Source: Eledone cirrhosa
Lineage: Eukaryota
Length of the DNA stretch: 64,000 nucleotides
Reading direction: 5' to 3'
NCBI GenBank assembly: GCA_964016885.1
Contig: OZ024752.1
Coordinates: forward strand, 48,360,001-48,424,000
The notes beneath the pieces were generated by a model. That model saw nothing but the letters and a program-made list of their open reading frames with translations. It was not told where the DNA came from and did not search any database. Below are positions 1 to 15,190 of this stretch, in pieces (position 1 is the first letter of the stretch; every line of letters begins with the position of its first letter). A program made the translations under genes and the position numbers.

Positions 1-91
1 ATATTGCCAGAAGACACTCACTGTTTGGTTGGTTTTCGCTTCTGTGTCTTTTATATCGGTTAATTTAATTTATTCGGTCCTCAATGTTACC

Positions 92-93
<2 letters not shown>
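1..93. mobile_element. Fragment of the dispersed pLTR-like repeat also found at 22749-22863
   Basis: Shares cactcactgtttggttggttttcgcttct and tcggtcctcaatgtt with 22776-22858; ends in (TA)n. Confidence 0.7.
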
Positions 94-1960
<1,867 letters not shown>

Positions 1961-2351
1961 AGAAAATTAATACACATAAAAAATAAAAGTAAAAATGCAT
2001 ATTTAAATACATACAATGATACATTTTAATTTAATTTTTCAACATTCAGTAATCCTCAAAAAAAAAAAAAAATATTGTGGGGTGATGGTGGGGGGCATTT
2101 AAAAAAATATTATTTACACACAAAAATATATGATGAAAAATATAAACCAACTTACCTCCCAGGCCTTTGTGTCTGTAACACAATCATGTCTGGCCTAGGA
2201 ACAAGGGTATTGATGGTGCCCCAAAAACCCCTAATGTATATGGAACTATGTAAAAAAAGGTTTCCTAACAAAGTACAGAACTAGGCCTCATTCTTTCCAT
2301 TACAAAAGAAAAGATAACAATAAGAAAAAAAAGCAAATTATATTTATTAAT

Positions 2352-2526
2352 AATTGTTTCATAAGGCCAGCAATTACCCCAGTGCATTACTGGTACTTTA
2401 TTTTATCGACCCCGTAAGGATGAAAGGGAAAGTTAACCTTGGCGGGATTTGAAATCAGAAAGTAAAGAGCCGTAACTCTATGCTCCAAAGCAAGGTGTCC
2501 GACCCTCTACCGATCTGCCAAACCAC
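2352..2526 (-). mobile_element. tRNA-derived SINE with Nin/Deu-type core
   Basis: Minus strand reads tggcag..cggtagagggtcgga (A box), ttcaaatcccgcc (B box), tttcatccttacggggtcgataaaataaagtaccag core. Confidence 0.85.
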
Positions 2527-2624
2527 AACGTAATATCTAATAATAATATTCGATTCGTTTGCAAGCAAACAGCCTCATTATGCTATGTTTTTTTAGATGA
2601 CAGTCACTATCTTTTTGTTCTAGT

Positions 2625-3449
2625 GGTGATAGAGAAAAACAATGGACATTAATACTGTTTCTGGGTTATTTCCCTTTGTCAAGATTGTGTATCTCTCTCC
2701 TGTCACTTACTCGAACTCTTGAGAATAATATATATTATTCTCTACAATATACATCAACTGATTAGCCTAATTTGCATACTGAGCAATTTTACAGCAGCTG
2801 GCTTTGTTGAAAGTTACATATCTGCTATATTTGAGTGTAAAACGAAATGAGAAAGGAATGCAATGAATGTTAGGAAAGACCCATCCAACTCATGCAAATA
2901 AAGAAAGTTTTATGTGAAACCCCAACAGCTTTATCCAACATGTCTTTTTTGAATATTTAAAATGGTTAGAGTGCTACTTATCCGATATTTGCATTGCTTT
3001 ATTGTACTACAATAAAACTCACCTCCTACATATATATATTAATTCAAAATATTAACAAAAATAGTCATTCGTGTGATCAAGTATATTTTATTATACATAT
3101 TTCAGAGGTACTGAGCTATCTTCAATAGTACGTCCTCATCAGGGTGATAGAGAAAAACAATGGACATTAATACTGTTTCTGGGTTATTTCCCTTTGTCAA
3201 GATTGTGTATCTCTCTCCTGTCACTTACTCGAACTCTTGAGAATAATATATATTATTCTCTACAATATACATCAACTGATTAGCCTAATTTGCATATTGA
3301 GCAAGTTTACAGCTGGCTTTGTTGAAAGTTACATATCTGCTATATTTGAGTGTTAGAAAAGACCCATCCAACCCATGCAAATAAAGAAAGTTTTATGTGA
3401 AACCCCAACAGCTTTATCCAACATGTCTCTTTTGAATATTTAAAATGGT
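2625..3449 (+). repeat. Direct duplication of unique sequence, 2625-2966 and 3143-3449
   Basis: Near-identical copies starting ggtgatagagaaaaac; copy 2 has two small deletions. Confidence 0.95.
3082..3142 (-). ncRNA. Hammerhead ribozyme core (family A-like), 5' strand of stem I lost
   Basis: CTGATGA ggacgtact..agtacctct GAAA tatgta TA ataaaatat; 9-position stem II with one mismatch; same GAAAUAUGUAUA as 42607. Confidence 0.6.
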
Positions 3450-4201
3450 AGGGTATAATTTAAAGGAGATATTACTGTTGTTTCTAGCAAATGAAGTGAC
3501 AACGTAGAGATTCCTTCATTAGCTCATGGAAAAACTGGGTATGTCTTATCTATAGTTGTTTAGTCCCTATTTCATTATCATCCTCATTATCAACACCTAT
3601 CTGTCTATCTATCTGGATGTCCATCTCTCTGTCGGCCAGTGAGTCTGACTGTCTCTCGTCTCTCAGTCAATCTGTCTGTCTGTCTGCCAGTGAGTCTGTC
3701 TGTCTGACAATCTGTATGTCTGTCTGTCTTCATTTCTTTTTTCCTCATTTGACAATTTTAATTAGATTTCTTCCATGCACAAATGGATAATATTAAATTA
3801 CTGTGTCACACACATGCACATACACACAAACATACATATACACATACATACGTACACATGCACACACATACAGCCATATATACACACATACATACATACA
3901 TATACACATACACACAAACATATGTATACACACATACACAAACATGCATACACATACATACATATACATACATACATATACACACAAACATATATATATA
4001 CATATACACAACACATACACAAACATGCATACACATACATACATACACACACGCAGTCATATAAACACACATACATACATATACACATACACACACATAT
4101 ATACATATACATGCATACATATACACATACATGCTTACATACACACATACACACGCACACACCAGATGCATTCATGTACACACACTCACATACACACAGA
4201 A

Positions 4202-4234
<33 letters not shown>

Positions 4235-4451
4235 CCTTTACATACACATGTACACATATACATGTAAATTCTCACACATGTGCATGGACACACACACAAA
4301 CACACACACAGACAAAAACTCATTCACATATTTATGTACTGATATACACATACACCAACGCACACATACATATTGTTGCAACCACACTCTGCTGAACACA
4401 CATAATGTTAGCAACATACCCACACATACATATATCAACATATACACATCT

Positions 4452-5433
4452 AGGTAACATGGTAAAAAGCTCCCAGTCCATGCTGTAAATGTGGTTGGTG
4501 TTAGGAAGGGCATCCAACCATAGAAAACCTGCCAGATAGTGTCCACGCTGTAATGTGGTTGTGTAAGTAACATGGTAAAAAGTTCCCAGTCCACGCTGTA
4601 ATGTGGTTGGTGCTAGGAAGGGCATCCAGCCATAGAAAACCTGCCAGACACAGTCCACGCTGTAATGTGGTTGTGTAAGTAACATGGTAAAAAGTTCCCA
4701 GTCCACACTGTAATGTGGTTGGTGCTAGGAAGGGCATCCAGCCATAGAAAACCTGCCAGACACAGTCCACGCTGTAATGTGGTCGTGTAGGTAACATGGT
4801 AAAAAGTTCCCAGTCCACGCTGTAATGTGGTTGGTGCTAGGAAGGGCATCCAGCCATAGAAAACCTGCCAGACACAGTCCACGCTGTAATGTGGTCGTGT
4901 AGGTAACATGGTAAAAAGTTCCCAGTCCACGCTGTAATGTGGTTGGTGCTAGGAAGGGCATCCAGCCATAGAAAACCTGCCAGACACAGTCCACGCTGTA
5001 ATGTGGTCATGTAGGTAACATGGTAAAAAGTTCCCAGTCCACGCTGTAATGTGGTTGGTGCTAGGAAGGGCATCCAGCCATAGAAAACCTGCCAGACACA
5101 GTCCACGCTGTAATGTGGTCGTGTAGGTAACATGGTAAAAAGTTCCCAGTCCACGCTGTAATGTGGTTGGTGCTAGGAAGGGCATCCAGCCATAGAAAAC
5201 CTGCCAGACACAGTCCACGCTGTAATGTGGTCGTGTAGGTAACATGGTAAAAAGTTCCCAGTCCACACTATAAATGTGGTTGGTGCTAGGAAGGACATCC
5301 CGCTGTCAAAACCAGCCAGACAGTCCTATATGAGCGAGACATGGTCACTCAACCAATCTTACCTCAAGTGGGACAACTCCCGTCTAACCCATGGTAGCGT
5401 GGAAAATAGACATTAAATGATGATGATGATGAT
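4452..5433 (+). repeat. 112-bp tandem array (~7 units) amplified inside an RTE 3'-UTR/SINE-like element, ending in an RTE tail with (GAT)n
   Basis: Unit ggtaacatggtaaaaagttcccagtccacgctgtaatgtggttggtgctaggaagggcatcc... recurs every 112 nt; last unit continues to ggaaaatagacattaaatgatgat. Confidence 0.92.
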
Positions 5434-5554
5434 ATGTATATTTGCAACACACACCCATTCACACTGCTGTATATTCACACACACACACATACACACTTAT
5501 ATATATATATAAGCTGCGGATTATAGAGTCGGGTAAGATCGATACAGATCAAAC

Positions 5555-5750
5555 CTTGAGCTGATCAGTGGTGAAACACGTGTCACCAACCAATAAATGT
5601 AATAATAAAGGAGTAATCAATCGTCCTTGTTATCTTTTCAATATATTACACTCTGTACACTCTGTATAGCTCTACACCTCGACACAGAAGTGAACCTAAA
5701 CATCGAGTGCTCACCCGGGTGAACCTGCAGTAAATCCAAGTTACACACCC
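5555..5750 (+). mobile_element. Decayed hammerhead/pLTR-like cassette between TA tracts
   Basis: ctgatca gtggt GAAA cacgtg TC, with palindromic stem III and GUC; followed by AATAAA; core has a G8C change and stem I is poor. Confidence 0.4.
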
Positions 5751-5751
5751 T

Positions 5752-5832
<81 letters not shown>

Positions 5833-6008
5833 TATATACACGCATCTGCTAGATACATACAACACACATAAATATACACACATATTCACTGTTATACATT
5901 CACATATATATATATACATATATATACATACATTTGTGCTACACAAAAAAACCTCCACCCCCACTATACCCATATACCCCCTAAAAGTATGTGGGAGTGC
6001 AGGGTAGA

Positions 6009-8247
6009 GGTAGGTAGGTGATTAGGGTCTGTTAGGGGTAGGTAGGTTATTAGGGTCTGTTAGGGGTAGGTAGGTTATTAGGGTCTGTTAGGGGTAGGTA
6101 GGTTATTAGGGTCTGTTAGGGGTAGGTAGGTTATTAGGGTCTGTTAGGGGTAGGTAGGTTATTAGGGTCTGTTAGGGGTAGGTAGGTTATTAGGGTCTGT
6201 TAGGGGTAGGTAGGTTATTAGGGTCTGTTGGGGGTAGGTAGGTTATTAGGGTCTGTTAGGGGTAGGTAGGTGATTAGGGTCTGTTAGGGGTAGGTAGGTG
6301 ATTAGGGTCTGTTAGGGGTAGGTAGGTTATTAGGGTCTGTTAGGGGTAGGTAGGTTATTAGGGTCTGTTGGGGGTAGGTAGGTTATTAGGGTCTGTTAGG
6401 GGTAGGTAGGTGATTAGGGTCTGTTAGGGGTAGGTAGGTGATTAGGGTCTGTTAGGGGTAGGTAGGTTATTAGGGTCTGTTAGGGGTAGGTAGGTGATTA
6501 GGGTCTGTTAGGGGTAGGTAGATGATTAGGGTCTGTTAGGGGTAGGTAGGTTATTAGGGTCTGTTAGGGGTAGGTAGGTTATTAGGGTCTGTTAGGGGTA
6601 GGTAGGTGATTAGGGTCTGTTAGGGGTAGGTAGGTGATTAGGGTCTGTTAGGGGTAGGTAGGTTATTAGGGTCTGTTAGGGGTAGGTAGGTTATTAGGGT
6701 CTGTTAGGGGTAGGTAGGTGATTAGGGTCTGTTAGGGGTAGGTAGGTTATTAGGGTCTGTTAGGGGTAGGTAGGTGATTAGGGTCTGTTAGGGGTAGGTA
6801 GGTGATTAGGGTCTGTTAGAGGTAGGTAGGTGATTAGGGTCTGTTAGGGGTAGGTAGGTGATTAGGGTCTGTTAGGGGTAGGTAGGTGATTAGGGTCTGT
6901 TAGGGGTAGGTAGGTGATTAGGGTCTGTTAGGGGTAGGTAGGTGATTAGGGTCTGTTAGGGGTAGGTAGGTTATTAGGGTCTGTTAGGGGTAGGTAGGTG
7001 ATTAGGGTCTGTTAGGGGTAGGTAGGTTATTAGGGTCTGTTAGGGGTAGGTAGGTGATTAGGGTCTGTTAGGGGTAGGTAGGTGATTAGGGTCTGTTAGG
7101 GGTAGGTAGGTGATTAGGGTCTGTTAGGGGTAGGTAGGTGATTAGGGTCTGTTAGAGGTAGGTAGGTGATTAGGGTCTGTTAGGGGTAGGTAGGTGATTA
7201 GGGTCTGTTAGGGGTAGGTAGGTGATTAGGGTCTGTTAGGGGTAGGTAGGTGATTAGGGTCTGTTAGGGGTAGGTAGGTTATTAGGGTCTGTTGGGGGTA
7301 GGTAGGTGATTAGGGTCTGTTAGGGGTAGGTAGGTTATTAGGGTCTGTTAGGGGTAGGTAGGTGATTAGGGTCTGTTAGGGGTAGGTAGGTGATTAGGGT
7401 CTGTTAGGGGTAGGTAGGTTATTAGGGTCTGTTAGGGGTAGGTAGGTGATTAGGGTCTGTTAGAGGTAGGTAGGTTATTAGGGTCTGTTAGGGGTAGGTA
7501 GGTGATTAGGGTCTGTTAGGGGTAGGTAGGTGATTAGGGTCTGTTAGGGGTAGGTAGGTGATTAGGGTCTGTTAGGGGTAGGTAGGTGATTAGGGTCTGT
7601 TAGGGGTAGGTAGGTTATTAGGGTCTGTTAGAGGTAGGTAGGTGATTAGGGTCTGTTAGAGGTAGGTAGGTTATTAGGGTCTGTTAGGGGTAGGTAGGTG
7701 ATTAGGGTCTGTTAGGGGTAGGTAGGTGATTAGGGTCTGTTAGGGGTAGGTAGGTTATTAGGGTCTGTTAGGGGTAGGTAGGTTATTAGGGTCTGTTAGG
7801 GGTAGGTAGGTGATTAGGGTCTGTTAGGGGTAGGTAGGTTATTAGGGTCTGTTAGGGGTAGGTAGGTGATTAGGGTCTGTTAGGGGTAGGTAGGTTATTA
7901 GGGTCTGTTAGGGGTAGGTAGGTTATTAGGCTCTGTTAGGGGTAGGTAGGTTATTAGGGTCTGTTAGGGGTAGGTAGGTGATTAGGGTCTGTTAGGGGTA
8001 GGTAGGTGATTAGGGTCTGTTAGGGGTAGGTAGGTTATTAGGGTCTGTTAGGGGTAGGTAGGTTATTAGGGTCTGTTAGGGGTAGGTAGGTGATTAGGGT
8101 CTGTTAGGGGTAGGTAGGTTATTAGGGTCTGTTAGGGGTAGGTAGGTTATTAGGGTCTGTTAGGGGTAGGTAGGTTATTAGGGTCTGTTAGGGGTAGGTA
8201 GGTTATTAGGGTCTGTTAGGGGTAGGTAGGTTATTAGGGTCTGTTGG
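6009..8247 (+). repeat. 28-bp G-rich minisatellite, ~80 copies, two TTAGGG per unit
   Basis: Unit ggtaggtaggt(t/g)attagggtctgttagg. Confidence 0.97.
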
Positions 8248-8339
8248 AGCTACCACAACAAACAATGTCTTAATAAAGTTTTACAGAGGAATAGGCAGAA
8301 CACCTGGACTTCCCCTTCCCCATATCCAGTATGTGTATG

Positions 8340-9380
8340 TATGGGTCTATGTGTGTGTGTGTGTGTGTATGTGTGTGTGTGTGTGTGTGTGTATTTATGT
8401 GTGTTGATCTGTGTGTTTGTGTGTATTGATCTGTGTGTTTGTGCATGTTGATTTATGTGTGTTGATCTGTATGTGTTTGTGTGTTGATCTGTATGTGTTT
8501 GTGTGTGTTGATCTGTATGTGTTTGTGTGTGTTGATCTGTGTGTGTTGATCTGTATGTGTTTGTGTGTGTTGATCTGTATGTGTTTGTGTGTGTTGATCT
8601 GTATGTGTTTGTGTGTGTTGATCTGTATGTGTTTGTGTGTGTTGATCTGTGTGTGTTGATCTGTATGTGTTTGTGTGTGTTGATCTGTATGTGTTTGTGT
8701 GTGTTGATTTGTATGTGTTTGTGTGTGTTGATCTGTATGTGTTTGTGTGTGTTGATCTGTGTGTGTTGATCTGTATGTGTTTGTGTGTGTTGATCTGTAT
8801 GTGTTTGTGTGTGTTGATCTGTATGTGTTTGTGTGTGTTGATCTGTGTGTGTTGATCTGTATGTGTGTGTGTGTGTGTGTGTTGATCTGTGTGTTTGTGT
8901 GTGTTGATCTGTGTGTTTGTGTGTGTGTTGATTTGTGTGTGTTGATCTGTCTGTGTGTGTGTGTGTGTTGATCTGTGTGTTTGTGTGTGTGTTGATTTGT
9001 GTGTGTTGATCTGTCTGTGTGCGTGTGTGTTGATATCTGTGTTTGTGTGTGTGTTGATTTGTGTGTGTTGATCTGTCTGTGTGTGTGTGTGTGTTGATCT
9101 GTGTGTTTGTGTGTGTGTTGATTTGTGTGTGTTGATCTGTCTGTGTGTGTGTGTGTGTTGATCTGTGTGTTTATGTGTGCATATTTGCATTTATGCGTTT
9201 GTGTTTATGTGTGTTTGTGTGTGTCTGTGGGGGGGGGGGGAGATATATTTGTGTGTGTGTGTGTGTGTGTGTGTCTGTGTTTGTCTGTTTGTGCACATGC
9301 ATTTGTGTGTGTGTGTAGATATTTCTCTATTGGCGTGTGTGTATGTATATATACGTGTGTGTGTGTGGGTGTGTGTGTGT
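8340..9380. repeat. (GT)n-derived minisatellite, ~24-bp unit gtgtgttgatctgtatgtgtttgt
   Basis: Directly visible. Confidence 0.93.
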
Positions 9381-9466
9381 ACAAATATGTAAATTAACAC
9401 AGCCATGTTAATAACAATACAAACAGCCTGAGAATCTAAGTCTGTTATTCAAGGGTTATCATAACA

Positions 9467-10040
9467 ATGATGATGATGATGATGATGATGATGATTATGG
9501 TGATGATGGTGATGGTGGTGGTGGTGGTAGCAATGATGGTGATGATGATGATGATGATGATTATGGTGATGATGGTGATGATGATGATGGTAGTGGTGGT
9601 GGTAGCAATGATGGTGGTGGTGGTGGTGGTGATAGCAATGATGATGATGATTATGGTGATGATTATGGTGATGATGATGATGGTGGTGGTGGTGGTGGTA
9701 GCAATGATGGTGATGATGATGATGATGATTATGGTGATGACGGTGGTGGTGGTGGTGGTGGTGGTTGTAGCAATGATGATGGTGATGATGATGATGATGG
9801 TGATAGCGGTGATGATGATGATGACAACAATGTTGATGATGATGTTGATTATGGTGATGATGATGATGACAACAATGTTGGTGGTGGTGATGATGATGAT
9901 GATGATGATGATGCTGGTGGTGGTGGTGGTGGTAGCAATGAGGTAATGATGACAACAATGTTGGTGATGATGATGATAGTGGTGATGATGATGATGATGG
10001 TGACAGTAATGATGATGGTGTGATGATGATGATAATGGTA
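9467..10040. repeat. Compound (GAT)n/(GGT)n trinucleotide repeat
   Basis: Directly visible. Confidence 0.95.
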
Positions 10041-10499
10041 ATAATTGTTTCTACTTTTGGCACAAGGCCAACAATTACCAAGTACATTACTGGTACTTTA
10101 TTTGATAATGGTAATAATGATGGTGATGATGGTGGAGATGGTGGTGATAGTGATGATCATCTAAATAAGGTTTTAAACAGAAAAATGTTCAGGGCAAGGA
10201 AAAAAAAAAGGGAGCAGTACTGGTGACCTTCTCAGGTCCTTCCAGATTGCTGAGATTGTTGTTGTTGTTGATGTTGTTGTTAAAGTTTGACCATTTGTGG
10301 ATGAGGTAGGAAAAATAAGAGTGAGGGAAGAAGAGATTTATCAAATAAAAACTGATCTGAGGGGAGAAAGGATTGGGCCTCAGAGGCAAGAAAGTGCAGG
10401 GGTGACTGATAGGAGGGTAGGAAGAGAACAGATGAACCTACTATATTAATTCCTTGTCAATTTGTGGGTCAGCATTGGGAGAGTGACAGAATCTGGAGG

Positions 10500-10960
10500 G
10501 AGAGCCTTCTTCTTCATCCACTTATTCCTGATTACTACTTTGACGCTAAACTCTGCCAGTTGCAGACTGCACATCAACATGAGATATTTTTCTCCACAAA
10601 GTTCGATCACCAACAGCAGAGTTCAAAGAGCAAAGATCAAGTCCAGTCCATAGGTTGACATTATCAAGCCATAGTTTTGGCTGCCGGCTTCTACTTCTCT
10701 TACCAGCCACCCTTCCTTCCAGGCATATATAATACCTTTCGATCACCAACAGCAGAGTTCAAAAGCAAAGATCAAGTCCAGTCCATAAGTTGACATTATC
10801 AAGCCATCGTTTTGGCTGCCGGTTTCTGCTTCTCTTACCAGCCACCCTTCCTTCCAGGCATAACCTACTCACACCACAAGTTGATCTTTTTTATATGACC
10901 ATATAGTTTGAGTACTCTTGACTTGACAATTGATGTAATTGGTCTAAGTCTGGTATTGTT
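10500..10960 (-). mobile_element. Decayed RTE-like LINE C-terminal fragment with internal ~125-bp tandem duplication
   Basis: Minus frames give VLKLYGHIKK and LEGRVAGKRSRSRQPKLWLDNV..WTGL..DRTLWR, resembling the RTE ORF C-terminus; duplicated 10602-10727 / 10738-10862. Confidence 0.75.
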
Positions 10961-11018
10961 GAGCCCCCACTGAAGACTGGCTGGAGATTTCTGAAATAAA
11001 TTAACCTATTTTAAAAGG

Positions 11019-11152
11019 TCTTCTTCTTTGCTGACTTTCTTAGGGGGTCGTGGAGGCAGAGTCTTCAAACATTCCTTCCAGCAGGTCCAGTCAGAAGCAA
11101 CCATCTCCAACTGATCCAGAAAGATCCCCGAGCATGACCAGCCAAGCTCATG
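11019..11152 (-). mobile_element. Possible RTE-like LINE 3' end with (GAA)n tail
   Basis: Minus frame LDQLEMVASDWTCWKECLKTLPPRP followed by gaagaag. Confidence 0.45.
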
Positions 11153-11503
11153 GATGAGAGTGACAAATAAAATATCTCCAGGATCCTACATGTGGCAAAT
11201 TAGCAGAGTCATTAGGGTGGTTAATTAATCCTTTTGCAGTTATAATTCTAATGAAATACATTCAATTTCAATTAATTAATGAAGAATTTTGAGGGATTTA
11301 CTAAAACTATTAATTATTTCATTACTAAGATAGTAACCTAACATATGGCTCTTAAATAAAATTATGTTGGAAGAATTTAATTTAAATAGGAACCCTTTAA
11401 AATGGATGGTTTTCTTTCATAGAACTAAATCTAGTTTTGGTCAGGCTAGGCTAGTAAAAAAAAGTTAAATGCATTAGTAACTTTTTTTTTTTTGCTCACT
11501 GTG

Positions 11504-11565
<62 letters not shown>

Positions 11566-11589
11566 TTTATGTCCGCTCTTTTCTGCTAG

Positions 11590-12125
11590 ATCTGAGTTCA
11601 AATCCTGCCAAGGTCAACTTTGCTTTTCATCTTTTTAGGATCAATAAATAAAGTACTAGTTTCAGGGTAGTGGATTGGAAGGATTGTAGAAAAGTTGAAT
11701 TGGATGCTTTGCAGTATCTAATCAGGATCTGTGCATTTTGAGTTGAAATCCAGCCTCCCTCTGTCAAGAGCTGTGATTGTCACATAGCATCAGAAATGGA
11801 AACCTTTTATATTTCTTTGGTCTGATCTGGTGATCAAATCCTTTTCTTTCCTATCCATTTATGGAGAGATAGAATCTGTAGAGTATGAGTGACAAATAAA
11901 ATATCCCCCTTTTACATTCTGAGTTCAAAACCTGCCAGGGTGGGTCAACGTTTCTTTTCATTCTTCTGGGCTCAATAAAATAAAGTACCCTTCAAGAACT
12001 GGAAAGTGTGTGGGTGGGGGTATGTGAGGGTGGGGGAGCAATTGAATCAACTGTATCAATCAATACCCTGTGAATTTGAGGTCCCCTTCTCTTCCCCCCC
12101 CCCCCCCATACCCAATGTCAGAAAT
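11590..12125 (+). mobile_element. Two old diverged Nin/Deu-core SINE copies (11590-11660 and 11917-12125)
   Basis: ctgagttcaaatcctgccaaggtcaactttgcttttcatc and ctgagttcaaaacctgcc...aataaaataaagtacc. Confidence 0.75.
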
Positions 12126-12564
12126 CATCATTGATAATATTGTTGTTGTTGTTGTTAATATTATTATTATTTCAATTTAATTCCATTTCAATTTTAAATT
12201 TAAAAAAAACAACAACAACCTAATAAAGCAATAAATTCAAATAAATTCAATTAAAATCAAAAGAATGAAATAAATTTTCACTTTAAATTTTTTCTCATCA
12301 ATGTTATTACTAGTCATCTTAAAGCTGCAGCTGGTTTCTTTAATTAAGATGTTTTTTGTTTTTTGTTTGTGTGTTTAGTTTTTTTGTTGTTATTTTTCAT
12401 ATTTTATTTGTTGTTGTTATTGTTGTTGTTGTTTTATAATTAATTGCAGTTGTTAATAATGCTAACTTCAGTGGGTGTTTGATTCTCACCCTTCCCCCCT
12501 TACCTTCACACCTCATTCCATGCCACCCCACCTCACCACTTTAAATCTAATAAAGGAGGGTTGC

Positions 12565-13036
12565 TAGTTCTTGGTTTACTTGGAGTAAAGAGGTTCTTTT
12601 AACAAAAATAAAAACCATCACATATTTTGGACACAAGCAATGAATAGCCATTGGACATTAGAACACATGCACCTGTGGGCTGGCAGAAACTGTGTGGAAG
12701 CCTATTGAATGGCCTGTACCCAGAGTCAGAACCCTGTATGTAGCCTTGCCCTACAATGTGTGCTCACTTCATTTTACAATTTAGCAAGTTGAAGAACCTA
12801 CTTCTTCCCATTTCTTGCACTGAATATATATATTGTAGGGCAAGGCCAGGTATAGGGCACTGACTCTCGGTACGGGCCATTCAATAGGCTTCCACACAGC
12901 TTCTGCCTGCCCATGTATGAACCAAACACCTCGAGTGCATGCGTTCTAATGTCCAATAACTATTCATTGCTTGTGTCCAAAACATGTGATGGTTTTTAAA
13001 AAAAAAATAAACTCTTTACAAGTAAACCAAGAACTA
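12565..13036. mobile_element. ~470-bp fold-back element (MITE-like) with diverged ~195-bp inverted arms and TA ends
   Basis: 12565-12757 is the reverse complement of 12832-13036 (tagttcttggtttact / agtaaaccaagaacta). Confidence 0.8.
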
Positions 13037-13086
13037 TATATACATGGAAGAATGGACATAAAATGGTGATGATGATGATAATGATG

Positions 13087-13144
<58 letters not shown>

Positions 13145-13147
<3 letters not shown>

Positions 13148-13356
13148 GGAATGAGTAGGACCCCGACGGCTGAGCTCAAGCCTTTTCGACGGCTAATTCT
13201 GGACTAAAAAAATTTTTTAGTCCAGAATTAGCCGTCGAAACGGCTTGAGCTCAGCCGTCGGGGTCCTACTCGTTCCTATTACCCACTCTACTACCCTAAG
13301 TATTGAGTACTTTGGTGCGTTATGGTCCACCTGGTTCCTTACCACATTTCCTTCGT

Positions 13357-13358
<2 letters not shown>
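13145..13358 (+). mobile_element. Family E palindromic cassette carrying the 3' half of a hammerhead
   Basis: Palindrome 13145-13279 centred on aaaaaaatttttt; tagccgtc GAAA cggct tgagctc agccg TC ggggtc; in (TA)n. Confidence 0.8.
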
Positions 13359-13393
<35 letters not shown>

Positions 13394-13550
13394 GTATATA
13401 TGTATATATATATATATGTATATATGTATATATGTATATATATATGTATATATGTATATATGTATATATATATATATGTATATATGTATATATGTATATA
13501 CATATATACATATATATATACATATATACATATATATATACATATATACG

Positions 13551-13601
<51 letters not shown>

Positions 13602-13740
13602 ATCAGGATTATACAAGTTTTAAGACTGGTAGATAATATTAGCAATTGGATAGACCAATGGAAACATTGTTTCCTCGGTCCGATTTGATGAGCTCCACCC
13701 TGCTTGTTAAGTGAATGAGGCCTGAGATCTTGTCAATCGA

Positions 13741-13814
<74 letters not shown>

Positions 13815-13926
13815 CAAAATGTTTTTAATAATATTAAAAACTCCAGGAAAACCCCACTGTTGAGTGCTTCTAATCTATTGTAAAATTGTATTTGTTGAGT
13901 AATCAACGAACCATACTAATCTTTGG

Positions 13927-13969
<43 letters not shown>

Positions 13970-14315
13970 CGTATATGTGAGTGTGTGTGCATCATGAGGT
14001 GTATAAGAATGTATTCATAAACATAAACAGAATAGCAACAAATACTGATACATATACACACACATACACGCACACATGAATATATACATGTACACAAACA
14101 CACATGCGCATATATATGCATACATACACACACACACGCATTTATACATACACACATACACACACACGTATATATGCACACACACACACACACACACACA
14201 CACCCACATACATATATATATTCATGTACACACATACTGACACACTCATACTCCAAGATGTTCACCAAAAGAACAGAAAAAACCCAAAGAGAGAGAGTAT
14301 GAGCAATAAAGAAAA

Positions 14316-14388
<73 letters not shown>

Positions 14389-15113
14389 GAGCAATAAAGA
14401 AAATGATAGAGAGAAAGAGAGATAGATACTTAGATAGAGAGAGGGTATGGGCAATAAAAATAAATGATAGAGAGGAAGAAATAGGTAAAGAGAGAGAGAG
14501 AGAGAAAGAAACAAGGGAGAGAGAGAGAAACAAGGGAGGGAGAAAGAGAAAGATACAGAAACAAGGGAGAAAGGGAAAGAGAGAGAGAGAAAGGGAGAGA
14601 GAGAGAGGGGGGGGGGAAAGAAACAAGGGAGGGGAGGAGGAAAGAAAGGGAGAGGGTTATGATGAGAGCAGACCACCCCCTGAGGGTGGTTTGAAATATC
14701 AAACAACCATAACAGTGTTTGCAAACGGTTGTAGAGATATGGATAGTTATGATTTCTATCGGTCTACGATGTTCAGAAAGTGTGTAAGATGTTTCACAGT
14801 GATAGACACAACAACAACAACAAAAACAACAAACAACAACAAAAATAAAAATAAGAAAATAAACATGCAAAAGACAAAACAACAACAACAACAAAAAAAA
14901 AACAAAACAAGACAAAAACAAAAACAAAAATCAAAAACAAAAGACAACATAAAACAGAAAACAAAAGACAAACACCAAACAAACGAAAAACAAAACAGCT
15001 GCCATGGAATTTGGCAAGTTGAAGTTTGGCCGGCAGCAATTCCAAAGTCTCCAAGGAAAGATCTTTCTTTTTGAGGGGTCAAAACTTAATCTCCATTTGT
15101 TTTGCTGTTTGTG

Positions 15114-15190
<77 letters not shown>

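Noticed and set aside
4452-5270. CRISPR-like regular repeats (also 53205-53530)
   Set aside because: Intervening sequences are identical rather than unique spacers; no cas genes; eukaryotic retroelement origin.
6009-8247. True telomere or interstitial (TTAGGG)n tract
   Set aside because: The hexamers are embedded in a 28-bp unit and never tandem.
10969-11005. CTGAAGA...GAAA hammerhead
   Set aside because: Neither stem I nor stem II pairs.
11224-11468. Further TTAA-MITE (similar ends at 33140-33290 and 53910-54075)
   Set aside because: Too decayed to define both TIRs by eye.
14995-15085. Kinase-like LGDFGIA peptide on the minus strand
   Set aside because: No plausible splice acceptor or donor and no other kinase subdomains in the window; probably chance.
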